A stretch of DNA of 64,000 nt from assembly GCF_009914755.1 (NCBI RefSeq), contig NC_060934.1; one strand, 5' to 3'. Of the stretch, positions 13,961-29,969 are shown piece by piece; the stretch's first letter is position 1, and each line of letters opens with the position of its first letter. The notes beneath the pieces were generated by a model that worked only from the letters and a program-made list of their open reading frames with translations, did no database searches and was not told where the DNA came from. The translations under genes and the position numbers were made by a program. This DNA is from the human T2T-CHM13v2.0 reference genome, Homo sapiens.

Positions 13961-15236
13961 ATGACACCTGCAGGTGGGGTGATATGGGAAGAGGGAGGAG
14001 GTGGGACAGGCATTGGCTTTGTATTTATCCAAACCTAACTCAATACTGTACAAGAACAGTTAGTGGGGACCCAACTGCATTGACCTTTCCCTCAGATTCA
14101 TTGCCTGTCCCTATTAAAAATGAACTTAGAAGCCCATAAAACTAATTTGAATTAGGGCCCTTTATTCCTCTCCAATAAAACTTAAAACTTCATTAGATCC
14201 AGTAAAATTCCTAACAACATCTTCTTAATTCCCTCTTTAAAAAGCCACTTTGCATGGTCTAAATATAATAATTATTTGGTAGTGGCAAATGTATTCCTAA
14301 AATAATTATTTTATTACATATTATCAGCTTAAAATGCTTAGAGCCTGAGATCTGTCAGGGAAATAAATTATTTTATTTACAAGAGTTAGGTTGAGAAACC
14401 TGATGTTCCCAGCAGAGATAAGTCAGAACCTACTGCTCTGATGTGAGGCAGGATTTATTAGACCCTGTGCCTGGAGTTCCCATTTCCTCTGGTGAATTTC
14501 TCCACCTGTACTTGTATGTGCATATTTGTGTGTGTGTGCATATGTGTCTGTATGTGTGAATACATGAAAGAGAAGTGTCTATGAGACAAGAATCCTCTCC
14601 TATCCCCATCACTAAAGTATTCCTCTGAAATCTGTATGTCAGAAAAGAATTTGAAACCCCTAACGATTAAAGGCAAACATCCCTCAGAGAGATGAAATAG
14701 GAAACTCTGGTAAGCTATAAATGACTCATTGAACCATATGTATCAGATCTTTCAACTTCTCCAACAGCTGAAGGTAAAGCATTGGAGCCATGGGAGCTTT
14801 GATGGAGGGCATGGATATCATAAATTGGAGACCTGACACTTCCAGGAACCATGACGTAAATATTTAGAGCACTGGGCACTCATTAGTGCTCAGTTGGTTG
14901 AAGGAATGATAACCAAAGGCCAAAATTCCAATCTCACAACTTTGCCGAAGCCAGCCCTGACTCCTAAACAAGTTATTATTAAAGTTGGTCTTGGTTTCCA
15001 TTCATGAGGACGGGCTTCTCCAAGACTTGCCCTGGCCCAGCCCACAGCCCCAGAAGTTGGTTATCTTTATATTATGAAAATAAGTGGGCTCTTATAATGT
15101 GGGACATGCACTTGGCCTTGTGAGTTTAATTTCTAACAACAGGAAAGGACTTGTACAGACCCATTCACCTCTTGGGCATGGGTCACTTGGGTTCTGAAGT
15201 CTGTATGAAGAGGCCAGGACAGGAGGTAAAGTGTAG

Positions 15237-15585
<349 letters not shown>

Positions 15586-15779
15586 TAAATCATGCATCCT
15601 TTTATTCAACCACTTTTTTGTCGGTTTATTCATTTATTCAACTTTACAACAGCTTTTTCCTGACCACCCACCTGGGCCAGGGCCTCTGCTGGAGACTGGG
15701 ACATGGGGCAAGCAAGAGATCCCTGGTCCTGCTTTCATGAGAACAATACCTAGTGGTGACAATAATACTTATATTATGA

Positions 15780-16197
15780 ATCTGAAACAAACTCATAGAA
15801 GTGGAGAGTGGAATGGTGGTTGTCAAGGGCTGGGAAGATGAGGAAACAAGGAGGCATTAGTCAAAGGATACAAAATTTTGCTTACACAAGATAAGTAAGT
15901 CTTAGAGATCTCCTATACTGCATGGTCTCTATAGTTAACAATACCATATTGTGTGTTAAAACTGTGCCAAGAAGGTAGATCTTATGTTGTGTTTTTATCA
16001 CAAAAGAATAATAATAATAATAAGCAAAGACAGCAGGAAGGAATTTTGGGAGGTGATGCATAAGTTTACAGCATAAACTGTAGTGATGGTTTCATGAGTG
16101 TATACTTATCTCCAAACGTATCAAGTTGTTTTCATTAAATATCTACAGCTTTTGTATGTCAAGCATGCCTCAATAAAGTGGTTTAAGAAAATAAAAT
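15780..16197 (+). mobile_element. L1MB-type 3'UTR
   Basis: 'ctcatagaagtggagagtggaatggtggttg...ttttgggaggtgatg...cctcaataaagtgg'. Confidence 0.85.
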
Positions 16198-16762
16198 AGT
16201 AGTGGACTGTGACTGAACTTCACTGGTAACACATCATCCTAGAAGGCACTGGGGAGAGCCACCTGACCCTGTATCTGCTTCACTCTGTGACCTCCGGAAG
16301 CTCTCTTGTCCTTTAAGCCTCAAATTTCTCATCTGAACTTGAGACCAGACACCCTCCAAGGTCTATAATTCTATTTCTCAGGGACTCCAACCAAATATGA
16401 CCTAGTGACTGACAGCCATGTTTCTCTGGAACACAGAGTATCTGGATTCTTGAGAAGCGCACCTGTGGGATGTCAGAGGTGGGCAAGACTGTGTCATTGG
16501 GCATGGTTTCACTGGGGACCCTGGCTTTCTTCCATTCTTCCTTCACTTTCTAAATCTCTGCTGTGCACTGGCTAGAGAAAGTAAGGCACCTGTCACTGCC
16601 ATGCTAAGTGTGTTGGTGTTTCTTTGGTTGTATGTTTGTTTTAGCCTCAAAGTGGTAAGACAGGGGAGGGACTTTGAGACTTCTTATCTAAAATCTTGAG
16701 TTTTCAGGGAGTGAAGTGAAGTTTTTCAGGCAGTGAAGTGACTTGATTAAGATCTCACAGCA

Positions 16763-17086
16763 TGCTGGGCATGGTGGCTCATGCCTGTACTCCTAGCACT
16801 TTGGGAGGCTGAGGTGGGAGCATCGCATGAGCCCAGGAGTTCAAGACCAACCTGGGCAACATAGTGAGACCCCCATCTCTTAATAAATTTTTTTAAATTT
16901 ATCCAGGCATGGCCATGCATGCCTGCAGTCCCAGCTACCCAGGAGGCAGAGGAGGGAGGATTGCTTGAGCCTAGGAGTTTGGGGCTGTAGAGAGCTATGA
17001 TGATGCCACTGCACTCCAGCCTGGGCAACAAAGCAAGACCCTACCTCTAAAAAAAAAAAAGAGAGAGAGAGAAGAAAGAAAAGAAA
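16763..17086 (+). mobile_element. AluJ
   Basis: J features 'gagcccaggagttcaagaccaacctgggcaacatagtgagaccc'. TSD aagatc(t/c)cacagca at 16749-16762 and 17087-17100. Confidence 0.96.
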
Positions 17087-17732
17087 AAGATCCCACAGCA
17101 GGAAGGAGTCAGCCTTGGCCAAGATGTGCATGTCCAGACTTTCAGTGGCATGCTCCTCCTGACACCAGCACAGCATCATGTTGTTCCACTGTTCTTTTCA
17201 TTTAGTCTCCATGGTTCAGTGGAGAAAAGAGTAGTCCTTACTCTTCCACAGACCCACTGTACAGCCAACTTACTTAAACCTACTGGCCTCGATGCCCCAT
17301 GGCTGCAAGGACAGGGGATATCCAACACATAAAGCTGTTATGCAAACCAAATGCAGGCCACTGGTCAGGCAAAGGTGCTTCTAAACTGGGCAGTGCTACA
17401 CCCACAAAAACCACTGAGACCGTTATTGGGAATAGTAACAGTAGTAACACCCATAGTCAATGATGAAAAAGAAACTTCACTTCAGCCCATCAGGACTTTT
17501 ATCCCTTAAGTATGTGACCTTCAAATTGAAAGAGTTCTGAAATGTTCTAGGAATAACTGATATTAAAATCTGTGTACAAAACAAAAATGTGTGTTATCAA
17601 GAGATCAGCAGCCCACCCATGGAGGGCACCAGCCACCATCTCCATCACTAATATGACCACACTGTGGGCTCCCTCATGGCTGTAGGTGGAGTGCCTGGAT
17701 AGAGTAGCACTCACCCAGGACACTGACTCTAG

Positions 17733-17888
17733 TGCAAACTCACTTTCCACATTTAGATTTGTTGCAAACTGACTTTCCACATTTAGATTTGTTGCTCTAA
17801 TGCATTGGATTTATTATTTTTATTTTTTTATTAGCATAGGATTATGCTAATTTTTTTATTAGCATAGGATTTTTATTAGCATAGGATT
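17733..17888. repeat. 30-bp tandem duplication followed by a 3-copy 'tttattagcataggatt' repeat with an inverted copy
   Basis: 17733-17762 vs 17763-17792 differ at one base. Repeat copies lie at about 17827, 17855 and 17872. Confidence 0.9.
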
Positions 17889-17946
17889 AATATTACCATT
17901 TTGGGGGAGAGGGAGGTTTGTGCCTTTGAGTAGGATTTCTCTGGCA

Positions 17947-18284
17947 TGCTATTGTGCATTTTGTGCTGATACAACAGAATACCACAGACTGAGTAATTTA
18001 TAACGATCATAAGCGTACTGGATCACGGTTCTGGAGGCTGGGAAGTCCAGTATCAAGGTGTCAGCCTCTGTTGAGGGCCTTCTTGCTACGTCATGACTTG
18101 GCAGAAGACATCACATAGCAAAAGGGCAACAAGAAAGCAAGAGAGAGCCAAAGGGGGTGAACCCACTCCCAACATAACACTATTAGTCCATTCATGACCT
18201 AAACACATCTGAAAGGTCCCACATCACAATGACAATTAAATTTCAACATGAATTTTGGAGGGGACAAACATTCAAACCAGAGCA
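17947..18284 (-). mobile_element. MaLR solo LTR (MSTC/MSTD/MLT1A-like)
   Basis: 'aacagaataccacagactgagtaatttata...ttctggaggctgggaagtcca...aatttcaacatgaattttggaggggacaaacattcaaacc'. Confidence 0.88.
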
Positions 18285-19644
18285 GCTATGGACATGGTTA
18301 TCAGTTAAAGAAAACAAACCATTCTCAGGAAAATTGTAAAAGTAATCATTGGACCTACCCAGTCCCCACCCTGCCAGCCTTCAGGAAAAGACTTAGGGTA
18401 AAGATTCTAAGAGTTAGAAGAACTTTGCCTTTGCCTCAAAGTTAGAAGACCAGTTTCTGCTTTCTGTTTAGCATCCTCCAAATATCTATCTGGGTTCAGT
18501 TTTCCCCTTCTATACATGGAGCCAATACCTTTTTTCCCCTCCTCATAAAGGGTTTTGAGATGAAAATGAAAAGTAAAATAAAAGTTATAATGAACACAGA
18601 ATGTTTAAAAACAATGAAGTATCACATAATTGTGTAATAAAGAGAAAAACTATCCAGTATTTAAGTTCTTATTTTATGTCAGACACCATTAAGCACTTTG
18701 TATAATGTAAACACTATTGACTAGTAGAAACAATAAAGTAAATTTAATAGAACTTTATCCATACGAATATTCACAATTTTCAACCAAAATATCAGCACTT
18801 TTCACCTCGTTTCACACACCTGTCTCTCTCAATTCCAAGACAGGATGGAGAAGTGTTGTTGCTGACCCTCTTGTGATCTGTAAGAAAATCAGTGCAAACT
18901 GCTTTCCCCTTAAAGGGCCTCAAGTGAATGGCTCTTGATCTTTGTGGTCCTCAGCTCAATGGATGGAAAAATAGTCTTTCCCAGAGAAGAGAGGAGTAAA
19001 ACTTTACCTTCTCCTTCTGATCTAATACTCTAGGCCAGCATTAAGATATTGACTGCAACTTTAAACCCCGTGGATGCGAAGATAACTTAAAATGCACACT
19101 TCATTCCTCTTGTTGGTATTTCAAAGGACTTTGAGGTTGATCACGGGACAGGAAAGCAGTAATATGGTAGTTATTAAAGAACTAGAGGTTTGAATGGGCT
19201 TTGTTCAACTGCTGCTAGACTCACGTGTCCACAAAAAAGTTTAAAAATGTGGCTCCCAAGGGCAGGAATTAAATGGACCTTGGCTTTCTTGTTGCTGTTG
19301 TCTTTGTCTTCCTTCTACAGAAAGTGATATCTGAAATGTAATAACTGGAAGTTTCTCCAAAACAAACACTTACCAAAAACTCTCAAGGACATGAAACTTG
19401 GGTGGGACTTGGAGAATGTACAGCCCTTTTGGTCATTGATGGAAATAAGAAACACAATTTTGCAGCTGATTAGAGCTGACTGGTTGTTGTCACAATCATT
19501 CATTTTGTTAACTGAGTACTTTTTGTGTACCTGGTACTATATCATGTACCCAGTGAGATTTTAAGGGGAATAATACACTTTCTGCTCTTGATAATACCAA
19601 GGTGTCACTTCTCGAGTGCTACTGTGTGCTGGGCATTGTTTTTA

Positions 19645-20440
<796 letters not shown>

Positions 20441-20997
20441 AAACGCCATTTAGCACAGTTCCTCTCAAACTTTGTTATAAATACAAGTCACCAATTTCTT
20501 GTTAAAAGGCAGTCCAAGCCCACAGAGGATGTTCTTGAGAATGCAGCCAAATCAGACTGTTCCCCACAAATTCATTATCTGTTCCTGTTTCAGATGGACA
20601 TGCAGACCCATAAAGCCAGTTTTTATTAGGGTCTTTTTATTCTTCTTCAACAAAACTTAAAACCTTTCATTTGGTTTGACAAAACCTGTTTTACATTTTC
20701 TAAGTAAAATACTGACTAGTGAGAACATTTCCCTAATTCCACAGTTACTTTCTTAAAATTACCAACTTAAAAATGCCTAAAGTCTCACTTGCCTAGGAAA
20801 TAAATTTTGTATTTAATGTGTTTTATCATTTTCTCCCAAATAATTATTTAGGAGTTGGAGAGAAAATGAATGGGACTGAAAAGCTCTAGTGTGTAACTTT
20901 AGGCCTGATTTCCCTGATAAAAATCAAGGAGAATTTGTCACTGTGAATGAAGCAGATTGATGAATTTCTGTGGCTGAGGCCCTGGTTTCCTATGCAA

Positions 20998-21026
20998 TGT
21001 GTGTGTGTGTGTGTGTGTGTGTGTGT
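20998..21026. repeat. (TG)14 microsatellite
   Basis: Read directly. Confidence 0.95.
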
Positions 21027-21849
21027 TCACCTATATGCATTATGTCTGTGCACATGCATGTGTGTATACTCACGGATTATCACAAAAGAGGAAGTGTCTT
21101 TGAACAACAGGCTCAGAAGTTAAAATAAGTGTCTATGTTGAGAGCACTCTCCCACCTCCACTAAAAGATTCCTCTCTTTATCTCTTGTATAAGCACCTGA
21201 AATGCATGTCTACAAGCTAACTCCCTAGACAGGTTAGGAGAAAGGACTAAAGATAGGATACTTTAGTCAGTTATTAATGACTCTGTGAGAATTTAAGTGT
21301 CAAATTCTCTGCATTCCCAAATGAGAACAGTTTCCCAGGGTAATGGGAGCTTTGCTGGAGGCCATATTGGAATCATAAATTGGAACCTGGCCTCTCCAAG
21401 ACACCTGACGAACAAATACAAAGCCCTGAGCATATTTTGTGTTGTCACAGCATCCTGCTCTCCCTTTATCACAGTTTTATTTTATATTTTAGTTATCTTC
21501 TCACTTGAGTCATACAGTTGTTACTGGAGCCATCTTGACCCCTGAGATCAGGAAAAATTAAAGGTATTAATCCCTTGGGCTAAGGAAGTCCAATCCTTCT
21601 ACAGGACGTCTCCTAGTACCTGAAGTGAGAAGAAGGGAGTGTTTTCAGAGGTAGTCAGATATAACTTCCTTCTTATATGAAAGTTCAGCTAAGATGTCTC
21701 CTGAATATGAGAAATGCTCCTTGCTATGTAGTTCCAAAGGACTATAATTAGCAATGTAATACCAAATAATATTGTCATAAATGAGATAAATGCTGAATGG
21801 AGAAAGCTGACCACTAGCTAAATGTGGAGTAAGAAGTCAGCTACTGCCT

Positions 21850-22060
21850 GTTAAGAGCTTGTTATATACCAGATGTTGTGTAAATGATTTGTACACATTA
21901 TCCCAAATGCTAACATGAACCTTATTCTCTTTGTTTTACAAATTAGGAACATGGCTTAGAGAGCTGAGGTGACTGGGCCAAGGCCACACTGCTCATACAC
22001 AGGAAAACTGGGAATAAGACTCCGGCTGACCTGACTTCAGGATTTCAAGCTCTTTCTCCT
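21850..22060 (-). mobile_element. MIR
   Basis: 'ggcttagagagctgaggtgactgggccaaggccacactgct'. Confidence 0.75.
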
Positions 22061-23739
22061 GCACCACAAGACTGCAAAACTTCAATTAATCAGAACATTC
22101 AGGGGCTGTGTCCTGGAAAGGGTTTCAATATGATGCAGAAATTTGATGTGTGTTGAATGTGACCAGATTCTAGTAGATGCCCAGAGAGGTTTTAAGTCAT
22201 TGATTACATACCTGACGTGAACCTGTTATTGTCATTACTTTCTTCCTCAGCAAGAGAGCACAGGTAGGTAGCTAATATGCTGCATAATGGGTTCTTTCAG
22301 TATTTCTGAGCATCAAAACAGTGCTCAGTGAAAAATAGATCATGCATTGTTTTTCAAATCCTACCTTTTATCCATGGGTCCTGAAACTTATATATGCATC
22401 CAAAAATCTGATCTTCATATGTAGAGGACATAAAGTTCTAGGAGTAGAGAGATGCTGGTGGAGGAGAGAACTCAGCATGGGCAGAGGACCTACAATCTCC
22501 ACGGTGTAGGGAGAAAGTGCATTCTTCAAGGGGCCACTGCATTTCTTGCCACATTTGAGTTAAAGAGAAAATAAGAACAGGCGGAGTACATCATGACAGG
22601 GCATCGAGGGGTCAAGGTCCAGCCCTAGTTCTTCACTAACTCTCAAGTGAGTTTGAGTGAGTCATTTTGTATCTCTGGCTCTTACTGAACTATGATGTAA
22701 AATGAGGAATTTGTTCTAAAGGATACATTATGTCCATTGGAGAAAAAAATAAACAGATGTGGTTACCTTGGGTGTGGGGAGTGCAGTGTCTGAAAGGGAG
22801 CATGGTGGGGATTGAGTTTCTGGTAACATTTCATTTTTTCATGACTGCTAGTACGAGAAAGTGTTTACTTCATAAACATCATCAACCTGTATGCTTATTA
22901 TTGGTCTGCTTTCCATATGGATTTTTGAGAAGGAAGTTTGCATTAAAAACAAACAAATCAAAACTAGACCTACCACTTCAAATCCTAAAGGGAAGAAAAG
23001 GCCAAGTATAAACATGTAGAAACTTGCTTTTTAAAGTGTTTAAACCTCCTATGAATATTCATCTCATTTGAAGGGAAAAAGTAACTATTAGAAGGGGAAA
23101 AAAATCCCTTAGCTCCAAGTCATGATGGGGTACTTTGGGCAGCAATCCTTATCTACATGTTATCTAACACAAGTTTCCCTTTTGAAGTATGGCTTCAATA
23201 CTACATAGCCCAATTTGTTATAATACCCTCTATTCTGAAGCTTTATGGCATTTAATAACTTGCAATTAGGAAGCATTAAGCCTATTGCTACCAAAATCAC
23301 AGAATCTTAGCAATAATATTGTCACTTCATAGTGCTATGATCCCACAACACAACGTAATGGAATATTCAGGCTGTCAGGGCATGAGGGAACCAGCAGCAG
23401 AGGAAAAGGATCACAATCCATTCTGCACACAAGTCACATTTAGATGAAGGTAACTCTTTGCCATTAAAGGCAACCTTCTATTTTGGTGGAACCTATGTCT
23501 ACAAAGAATGGGCTATAGACAGTTGAGGGTTGGGAGGGAGAAACTCCAAACTTTCAGACACTGATAAAGCCTGGTAGCTTCAGCTCATTAAACAGCAGTG
23601 GAGAAATGATCCACTCCAGCCACTGTGGGCCAGAGGCCCAGCTCTTAAACAGACACAAGCAGATCTCAGAGGCCCTTGGCAGCAAACAGTATCCTCTTGC
23701 AAAGTCAGCACCTAAAGAGGTAAGCATTAGTGTTGGAAA

Positions 23740-24700
<961 letters not shown>

Positions 24701-24766
24701 TTAAAATTCACTCACTCAGCCATTCATCCATATGTTCATTCATTCAATAAATATTTGTGAGCATCT

Positions 24767-25005
24767 TTTTTTATAATTTTAACTTTTATTTTAGATTCAG
24801 AGTGTACATATGCAGGTTGGTTACCTGGGTATATTGCACGATGCTGGAGTCTGGGGTACAAATGATCCTGTCGCCCAGGCAGTGAGTATAATACCCAACA
24901 GTTTTTCAACCCTTTCCCCCCACTCCAGTAGTCCCCATTGTCTACTGTGGCTCTCTTTATGTCCGTGAGTACCCACTGTTTAGCTCCCTCTTACAAGTGA
25001 GAACA
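24767..25005 (-). mobile_element. Short older L1PA 3'UTR inserted in an L2 3' end (L2 about 24710-25150, minus)
   Basis: Poly-T followed by 'gtacatatgcaggttggttacctgggtatattgc'. TSD g(t/c)gagcatct at 24757-24766 and 25006-25015. Confidence 0.9.
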
Positions 25006-27489
25006 GCGAGCATCTACTTTATGCCAGGTACCCTCCTAGGAGCTAAAGAGGGAAATAAGGGAAATAAAAGGGTAGTCAGTGACCTCAAAGTCTCACAGTC
25101 TAGCTGGGATGAAGAGACACACAGAGAGGTTTCGACAATAGTGTAGGCATTTAACAATGAAGAATTTTATGTCTAAAAGGAAGACACGGCTTGAGTCAAA
25201 AGCACTCACAGAACCTGTCTCCCAGGCATGTGGCTAAAGATGAGGAAGACTCTGGGAGTGAAGCAAATCCAACTCCGCGGAAGCACAGGACATGAATCTC
25301 GCAATAGCTTCCTAGCACTTATTTTCAGCGTGCAGCACAATCCATCAACTTGGCAAGTGCTCCCACTCAGGCCTGGGCTGTTTCACTTTTTACAATGGCT
25401 GAAATTCTGCACAAAGGTTGATTTCACACTACGTTATGCTTTTTCAATATAAGTGTCACAACCCTTCTAGTAGAAGTGTAACAATGATGGGGCTATATTC
25501 ATCAGTCATTCTAATGCCTTTTGTTTGAAGAGCACTTAGCAGCTTTTTTTTTTTCCCCAGCGTACTTAATATAAGAACATATTGGTTTCGGCTACAGCCT
25601 GTGCTCTCTGTCACAAAAGAATCAACAGATGCATTATAGGAGGGTATAGAAAAAGTTATTCTTCTTGGAAACCGTTTGTGTAGGACTGGGTAGAGCATGT
25701 TACAGGTTATTGCATAATACCAGAAATTGGGCAAGGGAGGGGGCAGAGTGGGATCTTTGCATTCTATTGTGCTCAAAGGAAGATAATAACTCACAATGTT
25801 TGTATAGCCTATATAACTCTAATGACAGTCATAACCAGTAAACTAAATAGGCAGTGACATACATACATATTATTTGAGTCATAATTCCAAAGATGTTCAT
25901 CATTAAATGGCATACAGAAAGCCCAAACATAGTTATGCTAGAAATAGTATTATTCCTGCATTAAATACCTATTAGACATCTGGAACAGAAAAATATGTTA
26001 TGACTTATCCACATCCACGATTCTAAATGCTTTCATAATATGCACATGAGTTAATTTATAATTTATAGCTTCACAGTTTGTTGCAGGAAGATTCAATCTA
26101 ACCCTCATGTTGTGCAGATGAGTAAACTGATACCCTGATAGGTTAAACAACAAAGTCTAACAGTTTGTGAAAGAGTTGGGACCAGAACTTGGCTCTCCTA
26201 TTCTACAAGCACAGAGCTTCCAATTTTCCATCTGCATATTGTAACAATGCTGAATCACTGGCAGTAGCTCTCACTTAAACTTCCATTTGGGTTTGAAGTT
26301 TAGGGATGATTCTGAAATAACATGATTTTTTGTTCACAGGCAACCAGGGGCCCTGTTCAGGGATTCCTGAAAAACTGAAGACAGTTGCTCTTTGCACAGG
26401 ATGAGATGTGAGGAGTAGCTGCCTGCTGCATGCAGGATTCATGGCCATAAGTCCCCTTGTTAAGAACTTTTATAGAGATCATGCCTACCTTCTATCAAGG
26501 GTAGCATCTGTGCTGCAAATTATCAGAGCAGTGAATGCCAGAAACATGAAATAAATCAAGCTCAGAATAAAACAGCAAAGGTTTCGATTTCCCTTACATA
26601 TACAATGAAATGAAGAACTAAGGTGCAGTTTGGGGATGTGTTTGTTTTCAACTGTAGGAGAAAGAGAGATATAAGATTTCTCTGCCTCAGGCCTGGACCA
26701 TGTGTCCATAGACAGACTTGATGTCACTAAGAATGCTCCAGCATCCTGTCACTCACATAGGAAGCAGGAATGTATCCTTTCATTGTTTCCTGTAAGCCTG
26801 AGCACTGATGTTAATGTCTGAATTGCTCTGGATCCTAAGAGATGCCCACTCAGTCATAGAAATGACTGTCACCTGCACATTAACCCAAGTTCTTCTCCAT
26901 GTGAGGGTCCTTAGGGGTCCAGCCCTGTCCCAGTCATGGACTGGGGTCACCTACTTGCCTCCAAATGGCTCTAAGAACAGATGGTTCTACGCAGCAGGCA
27001 GCATTCATAGGACTGGCTCAACAGCTTCTCGGGATGGCTCCAGGTTTTGCCTGAATGCCCCTTCTTGACTGGATGCCCCTTCTTGACTGAGAAGTGCCAG
27101 TTTTCCCAGGGCACTGATCCCCAGACTTTGGGTACTCTTGTTTGGATTGCTAAGAGTGGCATGTGTCATCTTCTTTTGCTTCAGTTCTCTGGACCCAAGT
27201 CACCTTTCCATCTGTTATTTATACTCTCTTAGGATTGAATGAAATGTGGTGTTTATCTTGCACTTAATAGTTTTACCAGGGATTAGCCCCATCACAAGCC
27301 ATACAGCTTCTAGAAAACTAGCTGGAGATGATAACCATGCCCTGGTCTGACATAACATCAGCATTGCCAGCGTGGCCTCTGAAGTGGTGCCCACAGAGCC
27401 ACTTGCTATAAAGAACCAGACAGATTAATGTGGAGGTGACCCCGGTTCCATAGAACATAAAGCCACCGGAATAAGAAGGCAGCCAGGTG

Positions 27490-27700
27490 TAACAGTTCCA
27501 GGTGCTAATCCCAAATCTCATGCCTCCATGGCTTTTCCTCTTTCTGTCCCTCGTTACCCGGGTGGTCTTAGGACAGTTACTCAACTTCTTTGAGCTTTAA
27601 TTTCATAATTTGTAAAATTGGAATAATAATACCACCCCACTCACGATGATCACACCCAATACATTGCCTGGTGTGCTACATAACAGGCTTTCAATAAATC
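27490..27700 (+). mobile_element. MIR
   Basis: 'gttactcaacttctttgagctttaatttcataatttgtaaaattggaataataatacc...tgcctggtgtg...tcaataaat'. Confidence 0.75.
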
Positions 27701-29969
27701 ATGGCTCTTATCATTGTTATCACAATTAATATAACATGTGAAAGTTCCTGGACTCTAATTCTTGCCAAACAAGTGTTTATGGAAGAATGCTAGTTATTTC
27801 AGGGCCTTTTTCTTTATCTTTTTACAAATTTATAGACAGGTAGGTTTTCATAAGTCTTTTCATCTGCTGCTACCTTTACTCTGTTTCTTTCTTTCCTGCA
27901 TCATGTAATTCTCTCTATAGCTATACTGGGGTCCCAGAGAGCACCACAGCATAATGTCAGTGGTGAAGCATGGGCATTTGTGTGGCACCAAATAGGATTT
28001 ACTTTATCTCTTACAATAACCAAATGGGCTTCTGGACAGGTGTTATCCCCATTAGTTAGGTGAGGTCACTGAAGATCATGTAACTGGCTGTCAGAAAAGG
28101 GACCACAGCCCAGACTTTATGATTTTTCACTCTAAGCTCTGGTTCCATATTACAGGATGAGTCTATGACATGCTCCAAATCTCCCCAAAATCTGCAAATC
28201 AGATGATCAAAAGCAACTATATTACCCCTCTCTTCTAATGCAAGCCTGTATTGAGCCAAGCCATACTGAAGTGCCTCGAATATCCACTATCAGTGAATTC
28301 AACCCTGTGGAGAGGACAATGGTGACCCTGAAGCCCCTTTTCTATCTGTAAGGTGCCTGTGGTCTCATTGGAGGAACAAGCATAATTGTCATGATGAAAA
28401 CAAGATGAGGCCAAATATATTTTTGCAGCCATCATATAAAGGAAGGAGCATTAGAAGATGTATCAGAATCCCAGTCCATGGCCATATGGATTGGGTGCTT
28501 GATTTTGTACAATTCATTTGTCTTCCTTGAGTTTCAAGTTACTCATAAAAGAGTTTTTGGTTATTCCTCTCCTAGAAAGGACATATAAACAGGTCAAGCA
28601 CAAGGAACACTGGGGAAAGCAAAGATAACAGAATTGCCCACTTAAGTCCTACTCCAGATTATGAGAAAAGATTTCCATCACACACACACACCACAAGTAC
28701 CAGTATGATAGAGCTAGAAGCAAAAGAGCAAAAAGCAGTATTTTTTAAATCTCTCTGGACCTGAAATGCATTTCATTTAGTTTTTTAAGGTTCCTTGATT
28801 TCCTGATAAAATCGGTACATCTGTGACATCACGTCGATCAGAAAGAAATCAACCTCTGGGAAAATATGGTTAAGACATTGCAGGATGGAGACCCATTAAA
28901 GAAAGCCAGCCCACAGAAAAGGGAATAAAACTTGGGAAGGATTATTGAAAGCCACCTATGTCACTGGATATCCTCACAAAGTACTGTATTGTGCCCAAAA
29001 GGGAGATGTTTGTAACACAAGAGCTCCCAGAAAGTGGAAAGGTCTAAATATATTCACAGCTGCCTCCCCTCAGGGTTTAGGTTTTGCTCCAGAGCCACTT
29101 TAAGAGTCCCATTTCAATGGAAAGCTTTTACCGAATCTGAAATGCAATGAGATTCCATCTGGTAAAATTCATTGAGGGAAATTGCTTCCTACAGTGATAC
29201 ATGATTCATTCATTCACACCTCTGAGCTATTTAAAGGAAATTATCCATGGATTGTATCATTAGTTTAAAGCCACTGCAGTTGTTTTTCTGTCAGTATAAT
29301 TTTAAGCCATGTAGGATCATTCGTTGGGAAAACATATTTGAGAAAGGTATATAACTAGTTCTCTCACTGGAACAGTATGATTTATGTTGGCAAAACACAG
29401 TGTTGGAAATTAAACTCTGAAGTATATGTTATCCTGAGGACTGACATCTGAGCCTCTCCTCTCCCTTGACATACCGCACCGCAACCCAGAATGGGAATTC
29501 ACGACTGAAAGATGTACAGAAAGTGCAAGGTATTTCTAAGGGTAGAGAACACTGCCGTGAAGACATCCTGCAAAATTACAGCTGCAAAATTGATGTGATG
29601 ATAAAATGTGTCTCTATTGGCTCACACAGGAAAAAAAAAAAAAACAAGAACACATTCTAAAGTGCCTTTATTCTGTTTGCTTTATTCTATTGGATCATAA
29701 GCAGCCTTAGCTTTCTTTCTGGGTTTGGTGGCCTCCTTGGGGGTTGTCAGTGCCCAGCTGCCCACAGCTTCCTTGACCATCAATTATAAGGCAGAAATGC
29801 TGATTATACCTCTGCCCAAATTGCTGATGCTGCTGTCATATTTTGAGTCCTATCCTTGGCTTTTTGATGACCTCTTCCTCTCTCCTATGAGAATGGAATT
29901 CAATGTGATGTTGTGGTTTTACTATCTAGAAACATCAGAACAAAAGTGTGTTCAGGATCTTTTTTATTA

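Noticed and set aside
14750-14780. Microexon-like patterns 'ccaacag|ctgaag|gtaaag' and 'ttcctcag|caagagagcacag|gtaggt' (about 22240-22270)
   Set aside because: Expected by chance in 64 kb, with no host gene or reading frame to support them.
17733-17888. Short ~30-bp repeats as a possible CRISPR-like array
   Set aside because: Only two adjacent units, no unique spacers, no cas genes, and a eukaryotic context.
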